Assembly (NCBI GenBank): GCA_965237525.1
Contig: CBDEFO010000007.1
Location: 96,001-160,000, forward strand
Origin: Candidatus Latescibacterota bacterium
Lineage (GTDB): Bacteria > Latescibacterota > CBDEFO01
Direction: 5' to 3'
DNA length: 64,000 nt
The position numbers and the translations under genes are program-made. The notes under the pieces were generated by a model. The model ran no database searches, had not been told where the DNA came from, and worked only from the letters and a program-made list of their open reading frames with translations. Position 1 is the stretch's first letter, and each line of letters opens with the position of its first letter. Positions 27,526 through 37,793 of the stretch are shown here, one piece after another.

Positions 27526-29505
27526 ATGACTGAGGCATGGAATTTTCTGTCGTATATGATCTCGACTCTTTGCATGGTGGGTATGATTGTCTCTGCAGTG
27601 AATGCCGACGAGATTGGAGAGTGGAGGTCGTACGGTTCGGACAAAGCCAGTTCCAAATACATCCCGCTCGATCAAATCAAGGTGGACAGTGCGGCGAATC
27701 TCCGCATTGCGTGGCGTTGGAGCTCCGTTGACAATGAAATCCTCCGAGCCAACCCTGAACTATGGACTATGGTAAACGAAGCGACCCCGCTTATGATCGA
27801 TGGGGTCATTTACACGAGCACCTTGCTAGGTCTGGTGGCCGCCATTGACGCTGTTACAGGGCGGACGATCTGGGTGTATGATCCGCAAACCTACGTGGAC
27901 GGATCCCCGGCCAACGTGGGTTTCGTGCATCGCGGGGTCTCCTACTGGGAGGATGGTGATGATCAGCGAATCATCTTCGGCACGGGTGATGCGTATTTGA
28001 TTGCCCTCAACGCAGAGACGGGGAAGCCAATACCAGAATTTGGTGAGGATGGTAGAATCGATCTGACCCAGGGTTTACGCCGGCCGATCGAAAGGGCGCT
28101 CTACGCTGTCACTTCACCGCCCGCTATCTGTCGCGACGTGGTCGTCGTTGGTTCTACCGTGCTGGATGCCTTTGCAGTCGGCAAAATGCCGCAAAAGGTG
28201 ATGCCTCCGGGCGATGTGAGAGGATTTGATGCGCGCACCGGCCAGCAGCGCTGGCTATTCCAGTCTATCCCCCAAGAGGGAGAGTTTGGAAACGAAACGT
28301 GGGAGAATAGATCCTGGAAAACTACGGGCAATACGAATGTATGGACGATGATGAGCTCTGACGAGGAGTTAGGCTACGTCTACCTGCCCTTCAGCACTCC
28401 TACCAATGACTTTTATGGCGGGAATCGTCACGGAGATAACCTCTTTGCCGAAAGCCTGGTATGCCTGAATGCGGAAACCGGCCAGAGAGTCTGGCACTTC
28501 CAGATACTACATCACGGAATCTGGGATTATGATCTGCCGGCCGCCCCGAATCTAATCGACATCACAGTAGATGGCGAAAGAATCAAGGCGGTTGCACAGG
28601 TGACCAAACAGGGCTTCTGTTACGTGTTCGACCGCGTTACAGGAGAACCCGTCTGGCCCATTGAGGAGCGCCCGGTGCCGCAATCGGACGTACCGGGGGA
28701 GCAAACATCTCCCACCCAGCCCTTTCCAACCAAGCCGTTGCCCTTCGAACGGCAGGGCTTGACCCACGACGACCTGATTGACTTCACTCCTGAATTGCGT
28801 CAGCGGGCTATCAATATTATTGAAAGGTACGAGTATGGGCCTCTCTTTACGCCTCCCTCGGAAAAGGGTACGATAGCCATGCCCGGCATAATAGGCGGGG
28901 CCAGCTGGGCCGGAGCAGCCGTCGATCCCGAAAGGGGTACTATCTATATTCCATCCTATACATATCCGGCAATTGTGACCCTGAGCAAGTCAGAAGACTC
29001 GGCCTCTGACTATTCCTATACTGGAACTGTAGAATTCGGACCGGAAGGTCCGCAGGGACTTCCCCTGATTAAACCCCCGTACGGGCGTATTACAGCCATA
29101 GATTTGAATACGGGTGAGCATCTTTGGGTACGTCCGGTCGGAGATGGGCCAAAAGATCATCCCGCACTGCAACACCTGAACCTCCCGCCGCTTGGAAGGG
29201 CGTATCGCAGTTTTCCTCTTCTGACGAAATCGTTGTTCTTCGCCGCCCTGCAGGCAGAATGGAGCGTACGAGGCAATTCACCTCGAGGGAACGCGATTGA
29301 AGTTGAATTCGAAAACAGAGAGGCTTTCCTGTGGGCGTTTGACCCCGAAGACGGAACCCCGATCGCCAAAACGGCGCTTCCTGGGAATGCGTCAGGGGCT
29401 CCGATCACCTATATGGCGGATGGCAGGCAGTTCATCGTCATTCCGATAGGAGGAGCCTCTCAGCCAGCAGAACTTATCGCGCTGAGCTTGCCGTTCCCCG
29501 ATTGA
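27526..29505 (+). CDS. PQQ-dependent quinoprotein glucose dehydrogenase-like (8-bladed propeller, no N-terminal membrane domain)
   Basis: EATPL, HRGVSYW, TSPP, PGDVRGFDARTG, WHFQ..HHGIWDYDLPAAP, QPFP, KPPYG and PITY motifs. Confidence 0.9.
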   Translation: MTEAWNFLSYMISTLCMVGMIVSAVNADEIGEWRSYGSDKASSKYIPLDQIKVDSAANLRIAWRWSSVDNEILRANPELWTMVNEATPLMIDGVIYTSTLLGLVAAIDAVTGRTIWVYDPQTYVDGSPANVGFVHRGVSYWEDGDDQRIIFGTGDAYLIALNAETGKPIPEFGEDGRIDLTQGLRRPIERALYAVTSPPAICRDVVVVGSTVLDAFAVGKMPQKVMPPGDVRGFDARTGQQRWLFQSIPQEGEFGNETWENRSWKTTGNTNVWTMMSSDEELGYVYLPFSTPTNDFYGGNRHGDNLFAESLVCLNAETGQRVWHFQILHHGIWDYDLPAAPNLIDITVDGERIKAVAQVTKQGFCYVFDRVTGEPVWPIEERPVPQSDVPGEQTSPTQPFPTKPLPFERQGLTHDDLIDFTPELRQRAINIIERYEYGPLFTPPSEKGTIAMPGIIGGASWAGAAVDPERGTIYIPSYTYPAIVTLSKSEDSASDYSYTGTVEFGPEGPQGLPLIKPPYGRITAIDLNTGEHLWVRPVGDGPKDHPALQHLNLPPLGRAYRSFPLLTKSLFFAALQAEWSVRGNSPRGNAIEVEFENREAFLWAFDPEDGTPIAKTALPGNASGAPITYMADGRQFIVIPIGGASQPAELIALSLPFPD

Positions 29506-29515
29506 ATCTATCGGG
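29497..29515 (+). repeat. 19-bp palindromic element overlapping the dehydrogenase stop codon
   Basis: CCCGATTGAATCTATCGGG, flanked by C and G. Confidence 0.85.
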
Positions 29516-29848
29516 GGTCAACCTGACCATCAGCTTCGCGCTTGCCGTTGAGCTTTCTCGTTGCCATTAGTCTGAGTCAGAACAGACACCAGCCAACAGG
29601 GAATCAGATGTCAGGACAGTTAAGAAAGGAGACGGAGGTGCCTCACCCTCTGTATGCAGGCTAGTATTATTGATCTCTCTGATCTTGTCCAGACCATTTT
29701 GACCCTATACTTTTAATACCAAGCCGCTCTGGTGATGGGCGGAAGCTGAGGAGTCGGCCGAGCTTCTACACTTGCATAAGCCACGGCAAGATCGAAAGCC
29801 ATATCTGGCGATTTTTGGTCGAAAAGTGGAAGCTTACACCTACATTAA

Positions 29849-31367
29849 AAGCCTTGTGAAAAACCCTTAGATTCAGAAAGTAGTATAGAACAAGCATTGA
29901 TAAAGCAGCTCCGATGTATTATATTATGTTATTGATAATATTATACATGGAGGAAACAATGACCCCACAAGAGCAGGAACAGACAAATCCGATGTTTCAC
30001 TATTTTCAGATGGAGGATTTAGTTCCCGAGGATCATATCCTTCGTCAGATTGATGAGGCAGTTGATTTTTCATTTGTACGAGACGTTGTATCAGATTGTT
30101 ATTGCCCTGACAATGGCAGACCCGGTATTGATCCTGAATTAGTTGTTCGAATGATCCTTATTGGCTATCTGTATAATTTGAGTGAGAATCGGCTCTGTCA
30201 GGAAGTGGGGATGCATGCGGCATATCGGTTGTTTTGTCATCAGACATTTGAGGATGCGGTTCCGGATAGGAGCACGATCAACAAGCTTCGCAATCACAAG
30301 TGGGCATCCAGTGGGTTGTTTGAACGGATAATGCGTCAGGTAGTCCAGTGTTGCATAGATGTCGGTGTTGTGAGCGGTAAACACCTTAGTGTCGACGGCA
30401 CTCAGATACAAGCTGATGCTTCAGTGAAAAGTATTGAGCCGATAGAACCCCCTGTTTCTCTTGATGATTATCTCAAGGGAATCGGTTTTGAAGGTGATAA
30501 GACAAAGGGTAGGTCCGGGCATCCTCAGGATAAAGACTTTCATGGTGAAAAGTGGACGAACCAAACACACCGTTCGACTACAGACCCCGACGCGCGCTTA
30601 TACAGCAAATCGAAGGGCAAAGGGGCTTTTCTCTCGTTTATGGGCCATGATCTGATCGACACAAAAAGCAGAGTAATCCTTGAGACTCAGGGCACGCAGG
30701 CGACAGGGACAGCAGAGCCCGAAAGTGCCCTTAAGATGGTAGATGACCTTGAAACATACACCATGCCCAAAGACATTCAGACACTTAGTGCCGATACCGG
30801 TTACGGTTCTGGTAATTTTATCGCTGATGTACTTGACCGGGGAATCATACCCCATATTCCTCTGCGAGCCGATGAGAAGATTGAACCGATTCCTACATGG
30901 AAAAACAAGACAAATTCAGCACATATTCAGGCCGAACGGGATAGAAAAGTGCGAGAGGCGAAAGCCAGAAATCATGCACGGTCTATCTCATTAACAGCTG
31001 ACTACAAACTCTCCCGGAGACTCCGTAAACGCAGTGAACATATCTTTGCTGAAGCCAGGCAACAACACGGTATGGGACGAGCCCGTTATAGAGGACCAGC
31101 CTCACTGAATGAACAGTTGAATCTTGTTGCAACAGTACAGAATCTCAAGAGGCTTGTATCTTTCATAAGAAGGGGGAAAGCGTCTATGTGTGCCCTGTCT
31201 GTCAAAGACAGTGCATCCTGTTCTTCAAACAGCTCCTGTTCCTTGCTGACCAGAACTCTGATAAGACTATTTTGCTTATTCCACAGCAAAACGATACGAT
31301 ATGCTACTCTTTGACCCATAATCGGCGCTTCAGACGCTGCCTGGGACATAACTATTTCACAAGGCTT
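29849..31367 (+). mobile_element. IS1182-family insertion sequence, copy 1 (1519 bp)
   Basis: TIRs AAGCCTTGTGAAA / TTTCACAAGGCTT; flanks TTAA / TTAG; near-identical to copies 2 and 3. Confidence 0.9.
29914..31314 (+). CDS. IS1182-family DDE transposase
   Basis: LVPEDHILR, GRPGIDP, VPDRST, VDGT, TTDPDA, ADTGY and R...EHIFAE. Likely start 29959 after GGAGG. Confidence 0.92.
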   Translation: MYYIMLLIILYMEETMTPQEQEQTNPMFHYFQMEDLVPEDHILRQIDEAVDFSFVRDVVSDCYCPDNGRPGIDPELVVRMILIGYLYNLSENRLCQEVGMHAAYRLFCHQTFEDAVPDRSTINKLRNHKWASSGLFERIMRQVVQCCIDVGVVSGKHLSVDGTQIQADASVKSIEPIEPPVSLDDYLKGIGFEGDKTKGRSGHPQDKDFHGEKWTNQTHRSTTDPDARLYSKSKGKGAFLSFMGHDLIDTKSRVILETQGTQATGTAEPESALKMVDDLETYTMPKDIQTLSADTGYGSGNFIADVLDRGIIPHIPLRADEKIEPIPTWKNKTNSAHIQAERDRKVREAKARNHARSISLTADYKLSRRLRKRSEHIFAEARQQHGMGRARYRGPASLNEQLNLVATVQNLKRLVSFIRRGKASMCALSVKDSASCSSNSSCSLLTRTLIRLFCLFHSKTIRYATL

Positions 31368-31393
31368 TTAGATTCCTGGAGATTCCTGGCAGC

Positions 31394-32365
31394 TTAACAG
31401 CACCCTCCACCTGGATAGTGATATGTAGAACCTGTCACAATAATATCCTGTTTATCCAAGTGTTCAAACCACCTTGCCGTCTTGTCGCATACCTGGAAGG
31501 GAATATCTCTCATAACTATATGACCCTTGCCGTCGTCGAAGCACTCATCATCCCCCGTATATATCACGGTCCTCCCCGTAAATACACAAGCTCCGTCAGG
31601 CGGTATGGGATCGTTGTACGCCGCCAACTCCACTGTCTCCAGGAGAATATCCTCGTCCAGATCGTATCTGCGACTGTCCATCATTCTGTAAGGACGCCTC
31701 CCTCGTATCTCCAGCGTCCCGAATCCCGCCTGGACGATGCGCTCAATATACTCATCGAACAACAGGGCACCCGAAAGACACATAGCCCGTAAGCGCTCAT
31801 CCATCTTAAGCTGATCAGGTATCGTCTTTTGCGACACAGGATCGGATATGATGAGCTTTCCGCCCATCTTCAAGGCGCGCCTTATCTCCACCAGAGCTGT
31901 CATCAGGTCGCTTTCGGTAAATATATTAAATAAACAGTTTTGCGCAGCTATGTCCACAGATCTGTCCGGTAGGGGCAGACTCAGAGCGTCCCCCTCCATC
32001 AGAGTCACAAACGATGGATCGAACCAATCGTTTTCGAGGGCGGCTATGTGGAGGTTCCGCTCCGCTACCTCCAACATCTCAGGCACACTGTCTACAGCTA
32101 TGACCGATCCCGGACGCCTTGTAAAATACGCAAACTGTAGCGCTTCCATTCCTCCCCCGACACCGACATAAAGAATATCCATATCAGAACTCAAGTCCTG
32201 AATGTGCACAGTCGTCCCGCAACCGTAGTTCATCTCTATCATCTCTTTGGGAATAGAAAGCCCCGGAAGCTCATAGCCAGAGCCGGTCGAACAGCAAAGC
32301 CCCGGCTGTGGTTCTAACGCCGCATCTTTGTAGAGTTCCCTCGCCGTCTCCAAGTAACTCATCAT
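31394..32365 (-). CDS. arsM: Arsenite S-adenosylmethionine methyltransferase (arsenosugar-biosynthesis ArsM type)
   Basis: PGLCC, MNYGCGTTV, LYVGVGGG, AQNCLFN, RAMCLSGA, VCDKT and a C-terminal GGGCC. Confidence 0.8.
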   Translation of the reverse strand: MMSYLETARELYKDAALEPQPGLCCSTGSGYELPGLSIPKEMIEMNYGCGTTVHIQDLSSDMDILYVGVGGGMEALQFAYFTRRPGSVIAVDSVPEMLEVAERNLHIAALENDWFDPSFVTLMEGDALSLPLPDRSVDIAAQNCLFNIFTESDLMTALVEIRRALKMGGKLIISDPVSQKTIPDQLKMDERLRAMCLSGALLFDEYIERIVQAGFGTLEIRGRRPYRMMDSRRYDLDEDILLETVELAAYNDPIPPDGACVFTGRTVIYTGDDECFDDGKGHIVMRDIPFQVCDKTARWFEHLDKQDIIVTGSTYHYPGGGCC

Positions 32366-32418
32366 ATGTCTCCTTTTGGTTTTCTTTACTTCAAAAACCT
32401 GCATTGGACTACTACTAA

Positions 32419-32667
32419 CCCGATTAATTCATAAGCTTGGTGGAGTCATTGCGAGGAGCAAAGCGGTCCCCGATTGAGTCTATCGGGGAAGCAATCTCAA
32501 GGTTTTATAGTGGTCTCCTATGAGATCCGGAGAGTATTACATCTACCACAGAATCGAGATTGCTTCGCCTTCGGCTCGCAATAACACTGAAGATGGTTAA
32601 ACGGCATAACTATAATATAATACACTCCCTTAATTAATACACGACCTTTTTTTGTGAATTATTCGGG
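32419..32667. mobile_element. IS1380-related MITE, copy 1 (249 bp)
   Basis: TIRs CCCGATTAATTCA / TGAATTATTCGGG and a 4-bp TSD CTAA. Near-identical to 55905-56172. Contains a palindrome at 32469-32487. Confidence 0.85.
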
Positions 32668-32757
32668 CTAAAATACATTCATACGTAACTGCCGGGAGAA
32701 TAGACCCTTCCGTCTATCACCTCCGAACTGTAGCTGGGTAAGAACGCTAAATAACCC

Positions 32758-33699
32758 CTATCTCTCAAATAACTGAGGGTGCATATATCCTACCATAATC
32801 TCCAGCGCATCCACCAACCTCGGACCTGCCCGCCCAGCGATCGAAATATCTATGTAATACACCCTCCCTTCTTTCACAGCCGATACGGCCTTCCATCCTT
32901 CTATTCTTCTTAATTCTGCCCGTATCCCCTCCACTCTCTTTTCGATGCTCTCATCTGCATTTCCCCCTAAATATCCTGTGAAGATCACATCAGGATCACT
33001 CGCAAGGATCCTCTCAAGGCCGAAATTAGGCCATGCCATCCTGGCCGCTCCCGCCATGTTTATTCCATCAGATAAAGTTATCAGATCATCCATAATGGTC
33101 CCGGGACCTGCGGTATATATCGACGTGTCAAAAGCGCTGACATTCCACAGCACTTTCTGCTTTTGATAACCACTTATCCCCTCTAAGGCCTTGGTGATCC
33201 TATTTACCCTCATCTTCAAAACCGAAACCAGCGAATCAGCCCTGCTTTCGACCTTCGCTATTTTTCCCATCGTCTCCAGCACCGATAGCATATCACCGAT
33301 AGATCTGGGATCCACTGCAAAGACGTTTATGTTAAATTCTCTCAGACGCTCCAGAACAGGGATGGGATTACCCCTCGTTGCAAAGACGAGATCTGGCTCT
33401 AAAGACACTATCTTCTCCAGATTTGGAGTCTTAAATCCCCCTATCGTATCCTTTTTTGCCGCTTGGGGAGGATAATCGGAATAATTAGTAACTCCTACCA
33501 CTCTGTCACCGAGTCCCAGAGCAAACAAAATCTCAGTATTCTCAGGGGACATGGACACAATCCTTTTCGGCGCATGCTCGAATTCCACCTCAACACCCAA
33601 GGCATCGACAAACTTCAACGCCTCGGCATGCACACAATCTACCGAAATCAACAGGCATATTAAAGATATGAAAATGTGTCCTATCCTCCTAATGTCCAT
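32758..33699 (-). CDS. btuF: Cobalamin ABC transporter substrate-binding protein
   Basis: PKRIVSMSPENTEILFALG, VVGV...DYP, PNLEKIVSLEPDLV, AVKEGRVY and RAGPRLVDALE; lies downstream of a B12 riboswitch. Confidence 0.8.
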   Translation of the reverse strand: MDIRRIGHIFISLICLLISVDCVHAEALKFVDALGVEVEFEHAPKRIVSMSPENTEILFALGLGDRVVGVTNYSDYPPQAAKKDTIGGFKTPNLEKIVSLEPDLVFATRGNPIPVLERLREFNINVFAVDPRSIGDMLSVLETMGKIAKVESRADSLVSVLKMRVNRITKALEGISGYQKQKVLWNVSAFDTSIYTAGPGTIMDDLITLSDGINMAGAARMAWPNFGLERILASDPDVIFTGYLGGNADESIEKRVEGIRAELRRIEGWKAVSAVKEGRVYYIDISIAGRAGPRLVDALEIMVGYMHPQLFER

Positions 33700-33879
33700 G
33701 ATAACATTATCTCTTATCTTATTTTTGTAGAATAAAATAGGGTTTCACCTAATCGTTAATCATTTTTTCACTAACATCTGCTCCTGTCAAAAGAGCCCAC
33801 ACCACCTCTGCCTTACGACTCGGTGTCTAACGCGTCGTGTCGTTTGCTTTGAGGCCTTACATATCTTTAACCTCCTTTC

Positions 33880-33898
33880 CCCGATAGCATCACTCGGG
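33880..33898 (-). repeat. Degenerate 19-bp palindromic element
   Basis: CCCGATAGCATCACTCGGG (3 mismatches), flanked by C and G. Confidence 0.6.
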
Positions 33899-34046
33899 GA
33901 CAAGCCTCATACCACAATTTGCAAAATATCTGTTGCTTTCTCAAGGGGAGGAGTATGAAGATTACCAGTGATAGTTAGACTCCCAGAGGTACGATAAGTT
34001 GCATGTGCAGCATAAGACCGGAGGGCATCCCCTATTAGGTTGCCTT

Positions 34047-35459
34047 TCATTTCGAGACCGTGAGCTTGATCGTCCTGCCAAAGCTCCCAGCCTTCAACCT
34101 GGCAACATATATCCCGCTGGAGACGGCATTCCCCAGACCATCTTTCCCGTCCCACAGGACAAGATAACGGCCCGGTCCTTGCATCGCGTTCAAAAGGGAC
34201 GCCACCCGCTGTCCCAATGAGTTGTACAGATCCAGGTTAACTCTTAAAACTTTATCGCCGGCGATGGAATAAGGAATGGCGGTAGAAGGATTGAAGGGAT
34301 TCGGATAGTTCTGTCCAAGGGAGAATTCCTCCGGAGTAGAGTCAACTCCCGCAAATTCAACCACAGCAGTCCCTGTATCCTCATCCCCTATAAACGCTAT
34401 GAAGAAAGGCGGAAGCCCGGTGTCGATGGGACCTGCTATTTTGACATCTGAAACTGTATCGTAGATCAATATCCCCGGATTAGTTATGCTCCTGTCCGGC
34501 ACATACAGAAGACCGTTATCTATTGCTATGTTCGGCGTAGATCCCCCCGAATGCCCCTCCAGAGCCTTTGATACTTCCCCTGTCTCGGGATTAAATGGCT
34601 TGACAAAGTTGTTGAAAGACTCATCCGATACCACAGCATAGCCTTTTTCTTCCGATAGCATAGCTATGCCCGTAATATCCCCTCCTAAAGACTCCTCAGA
34701 GACTATTACCCCTCGAGTCCTGAAAGTGGCGGGATCGACCACTTCAATACCGCCTTCCTTATCGAAGAAGGCGTTCGGAGAAACCAAATATAGCTTTCCT
34801 TTGAATAGATCCAGACTGAACGGTTGTTTCACAGCCAGATCTATCGCCTGCACGCCGTCCCTTTGGGGATCTACATCTACTATAGTATCTGTCTTTGTAT
34901 CTATCACCACCACTACGCTCTTGTCCGTCGGAGCAAAGTTCTCAAGCCTCTGGCAGGTCACAAAGAGTTTATCACCCACCATCGCCATTTGAGCTATCTC
35001 CGGTATACCGTCCGAGTCAGCAAAGGCCGAAAGGTCTATCTGCCCTAATTCGTTGCCGTCTTTCGGATCTATTATCAACAGCTCCGCCGAGTTCAACCTG
35101 GACACATACGCCTTATCCGGGCTTGCAAACTCTATATCCTGGGGATTCGTGCCGTTCCCCACTGAGTGCTGAACCTTCGGATTCGACAGGTCCTCAGGAT
35201 CCAAAACCAGGATGTTATCCGCTCCGAACCTGTTGATTACATAGACCAGCCCACTGTAAAAGACCACAGTCGCATCGCTGTTTATAAGTAGAATATTCAC
35301 CGAAACTTCTCCCTCCGGAGAGATAGTGGCAAGGCTCCCCGTTGCGAAGTCCGTCGTGGTTACAATTGCCGTTCTTTGGGCTAACACATCTGAAATTACA
35401 AAGACCGAAAAGAGAACCACTAAAACCGCCTGTAGATAAGAACGTCTATCGTATGACAT
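34047..35459 (-). CDS. YncE/BtuG-like beta-propeller protein with FlgD-Ig/T9SS-type C-terminal domain
   Basis: Signal peptide; VYVINR, NPQDI, KAYVS, VVVIDT and GGIEVVD blades; QNYPNPFNPST tail; lies between btuB-like and btuF. Confidence 0.72.
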   Translation of the reverse strand: MSYDRRSYLQAVLVVLFSVFVISDVLAQRTAIVTTTDFATGSLATISPEGEVSVNILLINSDATVVFYSGLVYVINRFGADNILVLDPEDLSNPKVQHSVGNGTNPQDIEFASPDKAYVSRLNSAELLIIDPKDGNELGQIDLSAFADSDGIPEIAQMAMVGDKLFVTCQRLENFAPTDKSVVVVIDTKTDTIVDVDPQRDGVQAIDLAVKQPFSLDLFKGKLYLVSPNAFFDKEGGIEVVDPATFRTRGVIVSEESLGGDITGIAMLSEEKGYAVVSDESFNNFVKPFNPETGEVSKALEGHSGGSTPNIAIDNGLLYVPDRSITNPGILIYDTVSDVKIAGPIDTGLPPFFIAFIGDEDTGTAVVEFAGVDSTPEEFSLGQNYPNPFNPSTAIPYSIAGDKVLRVNLDLYNSLGQRVASLLNAMQGPGRYLVLWDGKDGLGNAVSSGIYVARLKAGSFGRTIKLTVSK

Positions 35460-35538
35460 GTATGTTACCTCCCCTTTAAAATTTTCAGGCAAAGGGGGCT
35501 AAGGCAGTAGGGACTTTCCCTTATCCTCAGCCTTCGCC

Positions 35539-37782
35539 TTAAAAATAGCCGTTCAGCGTGATGAAATACGACCTGCCCGGCAAAGGATAACCTACAATAT
35601 CGGCTATTCGATTGTTGTTTATGTTCTTCACCTCAAAAGTACCTCTCAAATGTCCAAAAGGCCTGATACTTATGCCCAGGTTCACAACTGTCCTGGCCTT
35701 TATTACAGGTCTTAAATTAGCCTGGTCCAGAAAATTGTCCCCTTCAAAATTGTGCTCGTAGTATATCCTCCCCCAACCTAAGAGAAACTCCACTTTTGCG
35801 CTCAACTCCGTCTTGGGCCTGTTCGGCAGAATTTTTCCTTTCAAGTGCGGAATAGGAGATCTGTTCAAAGCCTCTTGAAAGGTGTAGTTTCCCCCCAAAC
35901 GGAAGAAACCCCAGAGGACAACACTTGTGTTCATCTCTATGCCCCATATTCGGGCTTTGCCTATATTCTTCGGTATGGATACTGCAGCGCTCTTCTCAAT
36001 AAACTGGATCAGATTATCCACCTCGTTATTATAATAGACCACCTCCCAAACTAAGCCTTCGGCGAAGACAGCCCTGTCCTTATGCAGTCTAAACCCCACG
36101 TCCCGGTTCAGACCCTCCTCAGCTTTCAGGTCTGTGTTTCCTACCACAGCTCCCTTATCCCCAAAGAGCTCTAAAAAGTTCGGAACCCTCATATAGGCCG
36201 CTACGTTACCCTTGATTAAAAACCAATCTGTCACTTGAATCTTCATTCCCAGACGATAGTTCTTAAAGCTCTCCGCTTTAGAGTCTTTCGGAGCTATGGG
36301 TGAAAACTGGAAGGGGCTCTCCTCGAAGATTCTGCTTTTGTAGCGATCGTACTGAAAAGAAGGGAGGAACGTCAACCTCCCGAAGAATACCTCGTCCTCT
36401 ACCCCGAATAGAACCCTGTTTCGCGAACTTTCAAAAAGCCCTCTCTGTCTTATGATATTCTCCTGGGGTGTGTACGACTCGCGTGATAGTGTCCCCACCA
36501 AAGTCACTATATGGTGTCCCCCGAGCAGTAACTTAAAGACAGGTTTGATCCCGTAAGTCTTGGTGACATCATGACTGTCCTGCCTTCCTATTCCTACCTC
36601 GCCCAGAAGATCTGTATAGTCATCTACATGATAGCTGAAAAATGCCCTCTGTTTGTAAATCAGTCTGCTCCATATTCGGTTCGGCACGTCAAGCGTAAGC
36701 TCCGAGAGGTTCCTCAGGGTCCTCAGTGTCACCTCCTTGGACTGATTGTTGCTAATCCCCGGGATGCCCTTGTCCTTTCGGTAGAAATTGTTGCCGAGAC
36801 TCAGGGACATCCCGTCCCTGAAGTCGTACTTGGCCTTCCCCATTATATTGACGGAATTGAAGTCGTTATTGGCTCTCTGGGCAATTTCGTCGTCATTGGG
36901 ATTATACGGTGTTCCGTTGTCGTCCCTGAATTCAAAATTGTTATCGCTTTCGGAGTAGTCCGTAAAGATCAGATAGCTCCACTTTTCTTTCCTTTGAGAG
37001 ATAAACCAGTTTAAGCTCTGGGTGTTAAACGACCCAACCGACAGACTTACCTCTCCTGGGATACTACTTTTTGAGCTTCTGGTCAGAATGTTTACAACGC
37101 CTCCTATACCACTCCCTCCTAACTCGATCGGAGCTGTCCCCTTGTACACCTCTATTCTCTCTATGTTAGAAAGTGGCAATCCCCCAATGTCCACACCTCC
37201 GCCGAGGGCCTGGTTCAATAAGATGCCGTCCAGATAGATATTTACCTGCTCCGACGAGGAGGCCCTTATCGAAACCGTGCTGAAGCTCCCCAATCCCCCC
37301 AAAGAGTTCACCTGAACCCCTGAGGATTTGGACAAAAGGTCAGGTAAAGACGAGAACTTTCCCTCAAAGTCCTCTCTTCTTATCACAGTCACAAAAGCAG
37401 GTGTCCTCTCCTCCGGGATCAACCTCTTCGCCTCAGCAGTTACGACGACCTCCTCTAACTCTACCATCTCCTCCTCTAATTCAAAAGAAAAGTAGTTATC
37501 GCTATCTTCCCTCACTTCTATTTCCTCCTTAACATCCTTAAAGCCGATCATCTCAACACTGACCATATAAGTGCCTTGGGGGACTTTTTCTATCACGAAT
37601 ACACCCAGGCTATCAGCAAAGGCGCCTATTCTCAATTCCTCTATAGAAACTACAGCGCCTACTACCGGTTCGCCCGTCTTTGAATCCAGGACCCAGCCGC
37701 GCACCTTGCCCAATTCTGCCGCTGCCTCACTAAATGCGGCAAATACCAGTAAAATAATTACGAATAATGTCGAAACTTTCAT
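35539..37782 (-). CDS. btuB: TonB-dependent cobalamin receptor (BtuB-like) with N-terminal carboxypeptidase-regulatory-like domain
   Basis: GWVLDSKTGEP, LEEVVVTA, SIRASSSEQV..YLDG, IERIEVYKG, YPLPGRSY and a terminal Phe; directly follows the cobalamin riboswitch. Confidence 0.82.
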   Translation of the reverse strand: MKVSTLFVIILLVFAAFSEAAAELGKVRGWVLDSKTGEPVVGAVVSIEELRIGAFADSLGVFVIEKVPQGTYMVSVEMIGFKDVKEEIEVREDSDNYFSFELEEEMVELEEVVVTAEAKRLIPEERTPAFVTVIRREDFEGKFSSLPDLLSKSSGVQVNSLGGLGSFSTVSIRASSSEQVNIYLDGILLNQALGGGVDIGGLPLSNIERIEVYKGTAPIELGGSGIGGVVNILTRSSKSSIPGEVSLSVGSFNTQSLNWFISQRKEKWSYLIFTDYSESDNNFEFRDDNGTPYNPNDDEIAQRANNDFNSVNIMGKAKYDFRDGMSLSLGNNFYRKDKGIPGISNNQSKEVTLRTLRNLSELTLDVPNRIWSRLIYKQRAFFSYHVDDYTDLLGEVGIGRQDSHDVTKTYGIKPVFKLLLGGHHIVTLVGTLSRESYTPQENIIRQRGLFESSRNRVLFGVEDEVFFGRLTFLPSFQYDRYKSRIFEESPFQFSPIAPKDSKAESFKNYRLGMKIQVTDWFLIKGNVAAYMRVPNFLELFGDKGAVVGNTDLKAEEGLNRDVGFRLHKDRAVFAEGLVWEVVYYNNEVDNLIQFIEKSAAVSIPKNIGKARIWGIEMNTSVVLWGFFRLGGNYTFQEALNRSPIPHLKGKILPNRPKTELSAKVEFLLGWGRIYYEHNFEGDNFLDQANLRPVIKARTVVNLGISIRPFGHLRGTFEVKNINNNRIADIVGYPLPGRSYFITLNGYF

Positions 37783-37793
37783 AAGTATGATGC

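Noticed and set aside
29714..29848. Possible gene tail truncated by IS copy 1
   Set aside because: The frame has a stop at the junction and no recognisable homology.
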